From Auanema rhodensis (lineage: Eukaryota; Animalia; Nematoda): a stretch of DNA of 64,000 nucleotides. Both the position numbers and the translations under genes were made by a program. Location of the stretch: positions 8,990,001 through 9,054,000 of the forward strand of contig OZ059899.1 of assembly GCA_964057225.1 (NCBI GenBank). Reading direction: 5' to 3'. Under the pieces are notes generated by a model, which was given only the letters and a program-made list of their open reading frames with translations, did no database searches and was not told where the DNA came from. This document shows positions 1-12,094 of the stretch, piece after piece (the first letter of the stretch is position 1; each line of letters starts with the position of its first letter).

Positions 1-10
1 CTGTTTTCAG

Positions 11-416
11 ATTCCACCATGGACAATTACTAGCCCTTCCACAACTGTCTCACATGGAGGTATTATTCAATATGAAATACTTACTAATTTAAAATATATA
101 GGATGCCAAGATGGCTATCGCTTGGTGCAAACAAGTGCAGATGTGTCTTCAGGTGGAACCGGAAAGTTCGGTGGCTATTTCACTTACGAATCATCTTGTC
201 GGGAGCTTTGCGATAGAGATTATGGTCTTATGCGTTGTATTGGCTATGCTTATGAAACAAAAGACAAAGGTAATAGAAAAACATATTTCAGAAAATATTG
301 AATATCAATCTTTATTTAAACTTATTATTCTAGGAAAATGTACAATATATCAATACAGTATGGGAAAATTCAACAAAATTCCTAATGGTTCAGCTAGTGT
401 GTATAGGCGATGCTAA
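11..416 (+). CDS. 3' exons of a spliced host gene ending in a PAN/Apple-like domain (5' end outside window)
   Basis: GT-AG introns join to give GCQDGY...SCRELCDRDYGLMRCIGYAY...KCTIY...VYRRC*, the Cys spacing of a PAN domain; TAA at 414-416. Confidence 0.65.
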
Positions 417-938
417 GGTGGTACTATAATTTTTTTTCATTAAGTCTTATAATAGGTTAAGAATCATTATTTACATGAAGCTCATGCGTGATTAAGTTGG
501 TTTCTACTATTTGTTGATTGGTGATCTTCCTATATGTAATAAATATATTATTTTTCTGTACATTATTAAGATAAAGATACATTTAGAAGTACTTTTTACT
601 CTCCATGATTCATACATATTGCAGTAAATATTTTAAATGTTGAAACGATTAAAACTAATTTGAGTTCATTATAAAAAGTATAAGTCTCATTGAAAAAAAA
701 AGTTCAAATTAGCTTATATGAATTATACTCATTAATAATGTCAAATTGATAGATATTCTCTACAACGGTTCAAATGAAAAAAACGATGTCATAATCACTT
801 TATTGATCCTGTAATAATTTCAACTAGTTACTTTTGATCCAACCCGTTATTCAAGTAATTCAGATAATCGGTATTGTTAATCTCTGAAATAGATTCATTT
901 TAATTTTCAGTTTTAAGGAGAGCACACAAGTACTTAAT

Positions 939-3680
939 ATGCGTCTCATACATTTATTTTGCTTATTTTATGAAACATATGCTCTAACATGTAAGTAATT
1001 ATAAATATACTATTTTTTAAGTTTATTACCATTGAACAAAGTAAACAAATATCTTTAGGCAAATTACAACCAATACTTCGTGGTATAAATGTGAAACTCG
1101 ATCTTGGCTCAACAAGAAAAAAAGTATATTTTATTTTTTATGGTATATTTAAACATTTACTATAGATTTTACCTGCTGAATCTGATTGCAAAGGTAAATG
1201 TGCGGAAGAAAAAGATTTTAATTGCACTGCGATTCTTTGGCCAGCAGGTGATAAAATAGGAGATTGCTATCTCTTTGATAAAGTAGGCCAAAATAAAATA
1301 TAAAAATATATTTTGAAATATTATAGATAGATCTTTCACGAGAAATGTTTCTTGACCAACGGCCGTTCATATTATATGTTGATGTTTGTGAAGGAAAAAA
1401 AACACCATCAGTTGGTTATTGCCAATTTTTGCTTACAAAAAATAATATTAAACGAACAACAACTGTAGACAAATATATATCCCCAGGTATTTAAGCTTCT
1501 ACTAAAACGTTACATTGAGCAATTTTTGAGGTTCAACATCTGAATCAGCCTGCCATCATTTTTGTGTTGCCAAGTATGGAGGAATTGATTGTAATGGATA
1601 TATTGTATCTTCAACTACATTGTACGTAAATAATATATCAAAGTAAGAAAGACTTTATCAGTACTGCATTATAGACCTTCGCCGTGTACATTATATTCTA
1701 CTATTCCTGCAGAGTTACAAGAAGGTGATCAAAACTTATGGACGAAAAAATGTAAAGCTCCACCAAGTATGTTCGATTTTAATATATAATTGACTTTATC
1801 CCCTTAAAAAATAAATTTCAGCTCTGTTCAGTTCAAGATTTTTTATTAGAAAATAAATTTAAAATTTCTACACAGAGAACTAAAAATTCAGCAATATCGG
1901 TAGCTATCAACAATTACAATAAAAAACAGAAGATAAGAAACAAATAAGTCAATAACTATTTCAAAAAACTAGCAAGTATTGTGAAAATAAGCCATTGCGA
2001 TTAAAACAAGCCATTATACAAATCATATGAAATCTGAAGCTGGGGATATTTTAATAACCTTTTGTCCTTATCTCTTAAAAAATAACTCAACAGATTTATA
2101 ATATAGTATATATTTTAGTTAATTGTGGATACACTTCATGGCAGGAATGGACAGAATGTTCGGCATCATGTGGAGGAGGAAACCGCGACAGATTTAGAAA
2201 AATTAAACAGCAACCAAGTGAAGATGGAGTCCAATGTTTAGAAAGTGAAATGATTGACAGGGAACCGTGCAATATGAAAGTAATTAATTTATAATGATAT
2301 CAAAATAATTCAATTTTTGAAAATAAAGCAATGTTTATAGAAATGTGATTCTCCCTGCATATATACGGAATGGACAAAATACGGGCAATGTAATGCAACG
2401 TGTACACAAACGGGAGTGAAGTAAAATGTTCCTATGTTGATAAATCAATCAATCATTTTTTTTCCAAGAACTAGAACGCGAGCAGCCAAAAACAAAATTT
2501 GTAATGACGTGGTCGATCATAAGGTATTAAGATATAGTTAGTCGTTTACAGTAAAAATAGATATGTGAAAAATCAAATGAGTGCAATAAGCCATGTATGT
2601 ATTCTGAATGGTCAAACTGGTCAAATTGCCTTTCTAACTGTGAAAAAAAAAGAGTCAGAACATTGAAGGTGCTTTCACGTTTACAACTGTTAACTAACTA
2701 CCGCATTACAGTCAGGAAATAAATCAGAATGTGAGGCAGAAATTGGATTTTTACAGGAAAAGTTGAACTGTACCGGAGATTTATGTGGTATGAAATAGTT
2801 GTAAAAATTTCAATCTAATATCAAACATAGATTTGGAAGAAGAGAATGGCAACAATGGTTTGTATCAGACTATTTCACTGATTAGTGGTTATTCTTTAGG
2901 AGTGGAAAAAGGATGCCGTATAAATTCTATAGATCCATCCAATCGTCCATCATCAATTGCTTACAAGGTGAATGATAAAAGTGTATGTTTGATATGCTAT
3001 TGTAGGTTATAAACTCAGCCAAAAATTGTGCTAACAGTTGCGCAAGAGAAACATCATTCCGTTGTGAAGCGTATATAGCGAAAGGTTGTTTTTGAGGTTG
3101 TCCCGAAATAAATTATAAGATTTCAGAGAAAAGTAGTTATTGTGTTATTTATGGACCATTGGACAATAAAGTAATTCAACTCAGTTATAGTAAATATTAT
3201 ATACAAGATATTTATTGTAAAGTTGGTAGTAAGTATTTATGTTTATACAAAATAACGTGATCAACTCCCAATTTAGAAACAAAAAATTCTCCTATATGTC
3301 ACTGGCAAAAATTTAGTTCTGGGTTCGATCCTAACACTTTTATCCCCCAGAAATATGCTTCAATTGGTAAGCTTTATTGTAATCATAAACATTGCTTTTG
3401 GTACTAATAATTTAATCACAAGGATTGACAATCGACGCAAATCATTGTGGGCAACTATGCATGATGAACCATCCTATATTCAAACCAAACCCATGCATAT
3501 CATGGGCATGGAGCCCCCTGATAGGTTACACCTTTTTATTAATTGTCTAAGATATGAGTATTGCTCTTTATAGGATTTACATCATCACTGAAGAACTGTT
3601 TCATGTTTGACTATCAGGTGGAACCTAATTCGAGCACTGTTGGTAGATATGATGTTTATAAACTTATATGTGAAAAATAA
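939..3680 (+). CDS. Multi-exon secreted host protein with PAN/Apple-like domains and three TSP1 repeats
   Basis: TTTTCAG acceptor at 904-910 before ATG 939; signal-like MRLIHLFCLFYETYALT; TSP1 motifs CGYTSWQEWTECSASCGGGNRDRFR, CIYTEWTKYGQC, CMYSEWSNWSNC; many short introns; ends ...YKLICEK* at 3680. Not every exon boundary was verified. Confidence 0.7.
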
Positions 3681-3923
3681 CCAAGTTTAAAGAATAAAAA
3701 TATTAAATGTTTTCGGCTTTATATAAAAACAAAACCTAACAAATAATACTTTCAAAATAAATTTCTAATCATCTAATCTACTATTTGCAACATAAATTTA
3801 ACAAGTCTATTACGATAGTTATGCTTACCACGCTTTTATGGGCATTTATTGTGCTTCTCCACTTGATATCTAAGTCTTATCTAAGATGAAATGAAAAATT
3901 TTTCGTTCACTTCGGTGAGAAGT

Positions 3924-6450
3924 ATGAATCCACTCTTCTACATTGCCTGTAAGTTTCTTAAACATATTTAAAAACCATATTAAGTTTATTTAATAGATTC
4001 ATTATTGGCGAATTTTGCCATAGCTGTGTACGATTCGGAAGGCACTTCTTTTTATTTCAATTTCATTCGGAACGGGGATGACAACCCTGAAGTTCCTAAC
4101 CAAAAACTTTCAATAACAAGTATTTTATGTTTAACTGATTGTGAATATATATTCAACTTATTGTAGTACTAAATGGAAGAAATAACCAAGCGTGTGTATT
4201 AAAATTAAAATATAAGAAGTGCTATAACTGTGATGAGATAACAGCATCTATTGCAACAGATCCAGACTCGTTTACTGAAGTAACTTTGCAGTATTTCATT
4301 TATTGAAGAGTTTTATATAGCACTATTATTATATATAAGCAAATTTCAAACAATCTTAAAATTGAAAAGAAGAATTTTCTTTTTATAATTCACATTTTTC
4401 AGTTTCCTATTCCATCATTCTATGGTTGGCCATATGACTCTCTTTATTCTCCTCAAGATAATAGGATTCCACACGACACACTTTATGCTAATTCAGAATG
4501 TCCCTTAACTCTTTTAGCTAACAACTATGATAATGTGACTGGGAAAGGAGAAACATTTACTGGTATACATTTATTAAATTTTAATAGTTTAATATAAGAA
4601 AAGAACATAAAACAACCAAAGAAATTTTAGTATTACCAACAACTTTCGCTGGAAAAATCTTCTCATTTACACTTCCTCCCGTATATCTCTTAAACCAGTA
4701 TCAGCAAGTTTCTTTTCTACCTGTCGAAGGCTCTGCAGTAGTTACTTTAAAAGTTGCTGGACAAGATAATTTCCCTCCTTTCACAGTAATATTACTCGAC
4801 TTTTTTTTATTATATATTTTTTTGAGGTTAATGACACTGTAGGAACATCTTATATTGCATTGAAATCCCAAACACAGAATGCCGCAATTACTTATCAAAT
4901 TACGGCAACAGCACCTATCATGGTATGCTCGTGTATTCATAATAGTACTTTTTAATTTTAATTTTTTAAACTTTTTAATTTTAATTTTAATGAAATAATT
5001 TTGTTAGATTGTGGCTGGAATAACATGTGCTGGCCAAGATTCTACATCATGTGATCATGTAGCTTACATGCCACATTACTTACCTACTTCAGGTGAACTT
5101 CTAACAATCTGAGATCTTTCTCTCAAAAAAGTATCAGTTTTTATTATTTTTATTTTAGAATGTTTTGAACCTTATCAGACGCAAGATGTTCATTTAACAG
5201 AATCTGATCAGTTTCAATGGTTTGCGGATATTTCGGGGGAATGTGCATTTGCACAAGATGTACCACAAAATTTTCAGATTAATCTATATTTACCGTTTAA
5301 GATCAGAATATTTAATGATGATAGTGAAGAGACCATACAAGTTGCACCTCATAAAGCAAATAAGGCAGTCAAGAGTAATACGAATGCAAGCATGGGTTTC
5401 GAGGATGTGTATGTGTATTGACCAGTTTATGTGTTATATTATCTAAGATATATAGATCTGGTGCTGTACATATAACCAAGTACTACGATGGATCGTCATT
5501 TGGAAAAGGTTCATATATAACTGTGATACCTTCCCTCAAACAGATATCAGTAGATGATAGCTATTTCTACACTAGAAATGAAAATGACATCATTACGGTA
5601 ATGATTGGATTTTTTGTTAACTAAACATTCATTATTGATAGGTTACTTGTGGAATAGAACTATGCGTGAAATTATACTTAGATAATAAGATATTGTTTAA
5701 TACGACTACCTTAAATTCACACGGAAGCGTACATGTTGGTGACGAAAGCTTTTGGATTATTTCGCAATCTGTTCCTACAAAGGTAAAAAGACTCGAACAG
5801 CGTTGCGAATGATAATGTTTTAGGGGTTTCATATATTAAAAGCAAAAAAACCATCGCATTCTTACAGCTTTTATATTCATGACAAAGAACATAGATATGG
5901 ATATTCTGGACAAGTTAATAGTATAATTACAATACATATTTCAGAATATTACAAATACATACTTTTAGAACCTTTAATGAAGATTCTACCAGTTACTACT
6001 GCAACAAAGTCTACAAACTCAACATCTACCACACAATCTCCCTCTTCTTCTACTACACTGGCACTTTCCTCTTCTTCCACCACACGTCCTGCGTCGTCGT
6101 CTTCTAGTACACTGTCACCTTCCTCTTCTTCTAGTACATCCCCTTCTTCTACTACACTGGTACCTTCCTCTTCTTCTACCACACAGCCAGTTTCGTCGTC
6201 TTCTACTACATTAGCACCATCTTCTTCTTCCACTGCACAGACAGTTTCGTCGTCTTCTACTACATTGGCACCTTCTTCTTCTTCCACCGCACAGCCAGTT
6301 TCGTCGTCTACTACTACACTGACACCTTCTTCTTCTTCTACAACATTCCCTTCAACGACAATTATTAATAGTTTGCTCACAACATCTAATGCTTATAAAC
6401 TGTTCACATTAATTCCTATTTTGGTGTCATTCGCGTTGTTTAATATATAG
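3924..6450 (+). CDS. Multi-exon host surface protein: IgGFc-binding-N-terminal-like domain, Ser/Thr mucin stalk, GPI-like hydrophobic tail
   Basis: Signal-like start MNPLFYIAYSLLANFAIA then YDSEGTSFYFNF; motifs VLPTTFAGK, CDHVAYMP, YGYSG; the last exon contains ORF 5977-6450 (S/T repeats, then LFTLIPILVSFALFNI*). Confidence 0.6.
6040..6350 (+). repeat. Coding Ser/Thr-rich tandem repeats (~63 bp, TTLAPSSSSTAQPVSSSS-like)
   Basis: Repeated tcttcttctac/ccacacagccagtttcgtcgtc units. Confidence 0.8.
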
Positions 6451-6733
6451 TTTTTTTTAAAGATCTATGTGCGTTATTGTGTTCAATACAATTTTTATAT
6501 CTCATCTAAGCCTAAAAAATGCAGTTCATTATCTAACGAAAACTTTGCAAAATAAACTTTGTTTAGGCTTGGCCACCACAATGAATATATTTTTTGAAGA
6601 GAAAAAAATACTTTTATGCCTCAGCTGTCAGAATCATAGCGTTCAAAAACCTACTTTCTACCTTGACTCAGAGTTTGAGTGTAAACTTACAAAACATGAA
6701 TTAAATTATTTTTATTTGAATTCATCGAAATGT

Positions 6734-6825
6734 ATGTATAAGTTAAAATTGGATATTATAATTAGAAAAAAAGAAAAAAAAGAAAATGAGAAAGATTGTT
6801 AGATATCCAATTTTAACTTATACAT
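6734..6825. repeat. 23-bp perfect inverted repeat at the left edge of the tRNA array
   Basis: atgtataagttaaaattggatat (6734-6756) and atatccaattttaacttatacat (6803-6825), separated by an A-rich spacer. Confidence 0.8.
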
Positions 6826-7095
6826 TTACTTCGATAAAGAGCCTATTAGATTGAAATTTTCTGTCTTACAGTTCTCCAACAGAACAGACTGATCCTGATT
6901 TCTCTATGATTACATAAAACTCTCGTTTGATATACAAAAAGGAGAGGAATAACGTTTCCAGGATATCAATGATATCGAATCTAGTGATATTGTAGAAAAA
7001 TGTAATGTCAGCTTCATAGCTTTTCTGTTGATTTCTCTCATCACAATTGTCTTAGTTTTTTTCTCATAAGAGTTTCTGAAATCTCAGTTAAACAA

Positions 7096-7168
7096 GGCTG
7101 CGTGGCGCAATGGATAACGCGTCTGCCTACGGAGCAGAAGATTGTAGGTTCGAATCCAGCCGTGGTCG
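7096..7168 (+). tRNA. tRNA-Arg(ACG), copy 1
   Basis: GGCTGCGTGGCGCAATGGATAACGCGTCTGCCT-ACG-GAGCAGAAGATTGTAGGTTCGAATCCAGCCGTGGTCG; A and B boxes; T-run terminator just downstream. Confidence 0.92.
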
Positions 7169-7703
7169 TAAAATTTTTTCATTTCACTTGTCATTTACAA
7201 AAATCGAATTTATTTTTTTCAACGATTTTTTTTGCAATGTGTCATTAGAATTACACAGTTGAACAAAACGTTTTTTAAGAATTTTCTTTGTTGTCAACAT
7301 ATATATTTTCCTGGAATTCGGAAGCATTTGGGATGAAATTAGAAAGAAAAGAACTAGTTTTTCCTTCTTTAAAACAAACAATAAGAAATAAAATGAGAAA
7401 GATTGTTAGATATCCAACTTAAACTTATACATTTACTTTGATAAAAAGCCTATTAGATTGAAATTTTCTGTCTTACAGTTCTCCAACAGAACAGACTGAT
7501 CCTGATTTCTCTATGATTACATAAAACTCTCGTTTGATATACAAAAAGGAGAGGAATAACGTTTCCAGGATATCAATGATATCGAATCTAGTGATATTGT
7601 AGAAAAATGTAATGTCAGCTTCATAGCTTTTCTGTTGATTTCTCTCATCACAATTGTCTTAGTTTTTTTTCTCATAAGAGTTTCTGAAATCTCAGTTAAA
7701 CAA

Positions 7704-7776
7704 GGCTGCGTGGCGCAATGGATAACGCGTCTGCCTACGGAGCAGAAGATTGTAGGTTCGAATCCAGCCGTGGTCG
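7704..7776 (+). tRNA. tRNA-Arg(ACG), copy 2
   Basis: Identical to copy 1. Confidence 0.92.
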
Positions 7777-8311
7777 TAAAATTTTTTCATTTCACTTGTC
7801 ATTTACAAAAATCGAATTTATTTTTTTCAACGATTTTTTTTGCAATGTGTCATAAGAATTACACAGTTGAACAAAACGTTTTTTAAGAATTTTCTTTGTT
7901 GTCAACATATATATTTTCCTGGAATTCGGAAGCATTTGGGATGAAATTAGAAAGAAAAGAACTAGTTTTTCCTTCTTTAAAACAAACAATAAGAAATAAA
8001 ATGAGAAAGATTGTTAGATATCCAACTTAAACTTATACATTTACTTTGATAAAAAGCCTATTAGATTGAAATTTTCTGTCTTACAGTTCTCCAACAGAAC
8101 AGACTGATCCTGATTTCTCTATGATTACATAAAACTCTCGTTTGATATACAAAAAGGAGAGGAATAACGTTTCCAGGATATCAATGATATCGAATCTAGT
8201 GATATTGTAGAAAAATGTAATGTCAGCTTCATAGCTTTTCTGTTGATTTCTCTCATCACAATTGTCTTAGTTTTTTTTCTCATAAGAGTTTCTGAAATCT
8301 CAGTTAAACAA

Positions 8312-8384
8312 GGCTGCGTGGCGCAATGGATAACGCGTCTGCCTACGGAGCAGAAGATTGTAGGTTCGAATCCAGCCGTGGTCG
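8312..8384 (+). tRNA. tRNA-Arg(ACG), copy 3
   Basis: Identical to copy 1. Confidence 0.92.
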
Positions 8385-8919
8385 TAAAATTTTTTCATTT
8401 CACTTGTCATTTACAAAAATCGAATTTATTTTTTTCAACGATTTTTTTTGCAATGTGTCATAAGAATTACACAGTTGAACAAAACGTTTTTTAAGAATTT
8501 TCTTTGTTGTCAACATATATATTTTCCTGGAATTCGGAAGCATTTGGGATGAAATTAGAAAGAAAAGAACTAGTTTTTCCTTCTTTAAAACAAACAATAA
8601 GAAATAAAATGAGAAAGATTGTTAGATATCCAACTTAAACTTATACATTTACTTTGATAAAAAGCCTATTAGATTGAAATTTTCTGTCTTACAGTTCTCC
8701 AACAGAACAGACTGATCCTGATTTCTCTATGATTACATAAAACTCTCGTTTGATATACAAAAAGGAGAGGAATAACGTTTCCAGGATATCAATGATATCG
8801 AATCTAGTGATATTGTAGAAAAATGTAATGTCAGCTTCATAGCTTTTCTGTTGATTTCTCTCATCACAATTGTCTTAGTTTTTTTTCTCATAAGAGTTTC
8901 TGAAATCTCAGTTAAACAA

Positions 8920-8992
8920 GGCTGCGTGGCGCAATGGATAACGCGTCTGCCTACGGAGCAGAAGATTGTAGGTTCGAATCCAGCCGTGGTCG
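8920..8992 (+). tRNA. tRNA-Arg(ACG), copy 4
   Basis: Identical to copy 1. Confidence 0.92.
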
Positions 8993-9527
8993 TAAAATTT
9001 TTTCATTTCACTTGTCATTTACAAAAATCGAATTTATTTTTTTCAACGATTTTTTTTGCAATGTGTCATAAGAATTACACAGTTGAACAAAACGTTTTTT
9101 AAGAATTTTCTTTGTTGTCAACATATATATTTTCCTGGAATTCGGAAGCATTTGGGATGAAATTAGAAAGAAAAGAACTAGTTTTTCCTTCTTTAAAACA
9201 AACAATAAGAAATAAAATGAGAAAGATTGTTAGATATCCAACTTAAACTTATACATTTACTTTGATAAAAAGCCTATTATATTGAAATTTTATGTCTTAC
9301 AGTTCTCCAACAGAACAGACTGATCCTGATTTCTCTATGATTACATAAAACTCTCGTTTGATATACAAAAAGGAGAGGAATAACGTTTCCAGGATATCAA
9401 TGATATCGAATCTAGTGATATTGTAGAAAAATGTAATGTCAGCTTCATAGCTTTTCTGTTGATTTCTCTCATCACAATTGTCTTAGTTTTTTTTCTCATA
9501 AGAGTTTCTGAAATCTCAGTTAAACAA

Positions 9528-9600
9528 GGCTGCGTGGCGCAATGGATAACGCGTCTGCCTACGGAGCAGAAGATTGTAGGTTCGAATCCAGCCGTGGTCG
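9528..9600 (+). tRNA. tRNA-Arg(ACG), copy 5
   Basis: Identical to copy 1. Confidence 0.92.
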
Positions 9601-9946
9601 TAAAATTTTTTCATTTCACTTGTCATTTACAAAAATCGAATTTATTTTTTTCAACGATTTTTTTTGCAATGTGTCATAAGAATTACACAGTTGAACAAAA
9701 CGTTTTTTAAGAATTTTCTTTGTTGTCAACATATATATTTTCCTGGAATTCGGAAGCATTTGGGATGAAATTAGAAAGAAAAGAACTAGTTTTTCCTTCT
9801 TTAAAACAAACAATAAGAAATAAAATGAGAAAGATTGTTAGATATCCAACTTAAACTTATACATTTACTTTGATAAAAAGCCTATTAGATTGAAATTTTC
9901 TGTCTTACAGTTCTCCAACAGAACAGACTGATATTGATTTCTCTAC

Positions 9947-10561
9947 TGTCACATCTGCAAGCACATGGTAAACATGTGCGCGCTATTCAAATAGCGGGAG
10001 CCTGAACAAGCCCCGCCTACAACATGGGACACACATGGCACTCTTGCTTCTGGCCTAACCCAGATAGGTTGTCTTATAGTCATGTGAGTCTCATCTCTAT
10101 ATCATCTCTATATATACTCTATTTAATACTTTATTATATCTCTTTATATTCTTTCTTAATGTAATTCTTATATTGTATTTTCTTGTTATCTGATAATGAA
10201 TCCTTTTCTCTTTAAGTATTTGTCTTAATAAGGAAATCGGGGCGTTCGGGTCTGCCTACCTAAGGAACAAGGTAGAAGTACATATATCTTCCGACCATGA
10301 AAAGACGGGAAGAAACAATCTGTAACGTGGAGGTTCCACCTTGCTTACTTTACTGTTAATTTATTGACAGCAAGTTTACGAGACTTTTGGACTTAATTAC
10401 CCAACAGTGAGGAGTAACCGAGCCGTGCACCATGATTTCCCCAAAAATTATTTTGGCTACCACTTCTCCTCCGCTCAACGAAAACTGGGAGGTGTCTGAG
10501 ACGTTTCGGGAAACTATCAGACAATAGTTTTAACGAGCGTTACCTTTTTGTTATGCACGCG
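9947..10561. mobile_element. Unidentified insertion, possibly an LTR-retrotransposon LTR or fragment
   Basis: The sixth array unit stops abruptly at ...ttctctac; new, more GC-rich sequence starts with TGTCACA (typical LTR start). No second LTR or PBS recognised. Confidence 0.3.
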
Positions 10562-10790
10562 AGTAGAGAGCCATGCCGAATTTACTAACCACGCCCCCAA
10601 ACAGTTGCTAAAAACATACTTTTGAGGGCGTCAGCTGCTAAAAACATACTTTTGGGGGCGTCAGCTGCTAAAAACATACTTTTGGGGGCGTCAGCTGTCA
10701 AAATCATATTTTCGGCGTCAGCTGTCAAAAATATACTTTTCCTCCCGAGGCAGGCTCTCGAGCCTGCGCATGGATCAAAATGCATGATTT
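10562..10790 (+). repeat. Polinton terminus (TIR) with five ~30-bp subrepeats
   Basis: AGTAGAGAGCCATGCCGAATTTACTAACCACGCCCCC then gtcagctgctaaaaacatacttttgggggc-type repeats; recurs at 25639, 41012, 60762 and as a variant at 62700. Confidence 0.88.
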
Positions 10791-11081
10791 TTTTTTAAAA
10801 TCATTTTTAAAATTATTTTTTAATGTATTATTTTAAATGAATTTTTATTATTTATATATTTGTTAATTGTATTTGTAAATATTTTAAAAATTATTTCTTT
10901 TTGAATGTGTTTTTAATAATATTTCTTTTTAAATGTATTTTAATATTTATATATTTTTTAATTGTATCTTTAAAACTGAATAAATTATTTCTCATATATA
11001 TTGGTTTTTAATTATTTAAATTATTTTATAAGGTAATCAATATGTTCACCGTACCTCTTATGGGTTAATCAATGGAACTCA

Positions 11082-11860
11082 TATCGAAGGTTAATTCGAT
11101 AAGAAGTAATAAATATTTAAACTTTAATGAAACACATATCGAAGGTTGATTCGATAAGATATATTTTACATATTTATTTTTTAATTTTATTTGTTTACAT
11201 TGTTTATAGATTGTGTTTATTATAGTTTATAATTATTAATTTAACTTTTAAAAAGTTTGTTGTTTATCTAGGCGAACCATTTTGTTCACCGTACCTCTTA
11301 TGGGTAAATCAATGGAACACATATCGAAAGTTAATTCGATAAGAACGATATGAAATACAAAAGTTAATGGAACACATATCGAAGGTTAATTCGATAAGAA
11401 CGATATGAAATACAAAAGTTAATGGAACACATATCGAAGATTAATTCGATAAGATCGTTAAAACAGGTGCGCTGACCCACACATGTACCACATGGCAAAA
11501 GTTTTGTTCATAAAAATATGATAAATAGCTGTACAGCACAAGTACCCATAACGCTAAAGAATACTTACTATGCCAAGGGGTCATGGGTATATAGTTTTTA
11601 GTATCAAAAATGTTAATGGAACACATATCGAATATCAATTCGATAAGATTGTGGAAACAGATACGTTGACCTACAATGAACCAAATGGCAAAGCACTTGT
11701 TCATTAAAGTATAACAAATAGCTGTATAGCATATGCATCAAGATTTCTAATATTCTCAAATTACGTGGAAAGAAGAGTATATAGAAAATGTTTTAGTGTG
11801 TATATTACTAATATTCTAATACCCTAACTCAAAGAACACATATCGAAGATTAATTCGATA
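11082..11860. promoter_or_regulatory. Seven palindromic TATCGAA-N6-TTCGATA boxes upstream of pPolB
   Basis: Starts at 11082, 11137, 11322, 11377, 11432, 11626, 11841. The function is inferred only. Confidence 0.6.
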
Positions 11861-12094
11861 AGATTGTTGGAACCGGTACGCTGACCACAACAATACATGC
11901 GTATTTATTAACAACGGATTGGCAACTGCCACTGTTGACAGCTGTAATATGATACAATGTTGAGTGTTGGCAACATTGTTACGTCACAATAAAACAACTG
12001 ACTGTTCTTGCAATGAAGTGTAATATAAATGTGTAAAATGAAATATGGATAACTACCTCTCAGAGTTTGCATAATTTTATTCTAACAAGATACA

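Larger units (their letters stand above)
6783..9945 (+). repeat. 608-bp tandem array (~5.2 units), one tRNA-Arg per unit
   Basis: Near-identical units; tRNA starts at 7096, 7704, 8312, 8920, 9528. Confidence 0.97.

Noticed and set aside
5949-6380. Acidic Glu/Val-rich minus-strand ORF
   Set aside because: Antisense mirror of the Ser/Thr repeat exon.
7184-9813. Repeated 65-aa and 83-aa ORFs in the 608-bp array
   Set aside because: They use TTG starts, the 83-aa ORF overlaps the tRNA, and it is broken in the first unit; by-products of the repeat.
9939-9947. ttctctact as a reverse Polinton terminus
   Set aside because: Only ~8 nt match, mostly belonging to the tRNA repeat unit; no TIR subrepeats adjacent.
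11082-11860. CRISPR-like array of palindromic repeats
   Set aside because: Spacers are related or identical, spacing is irregular, there are no cas genes and the context is eukaryotic.
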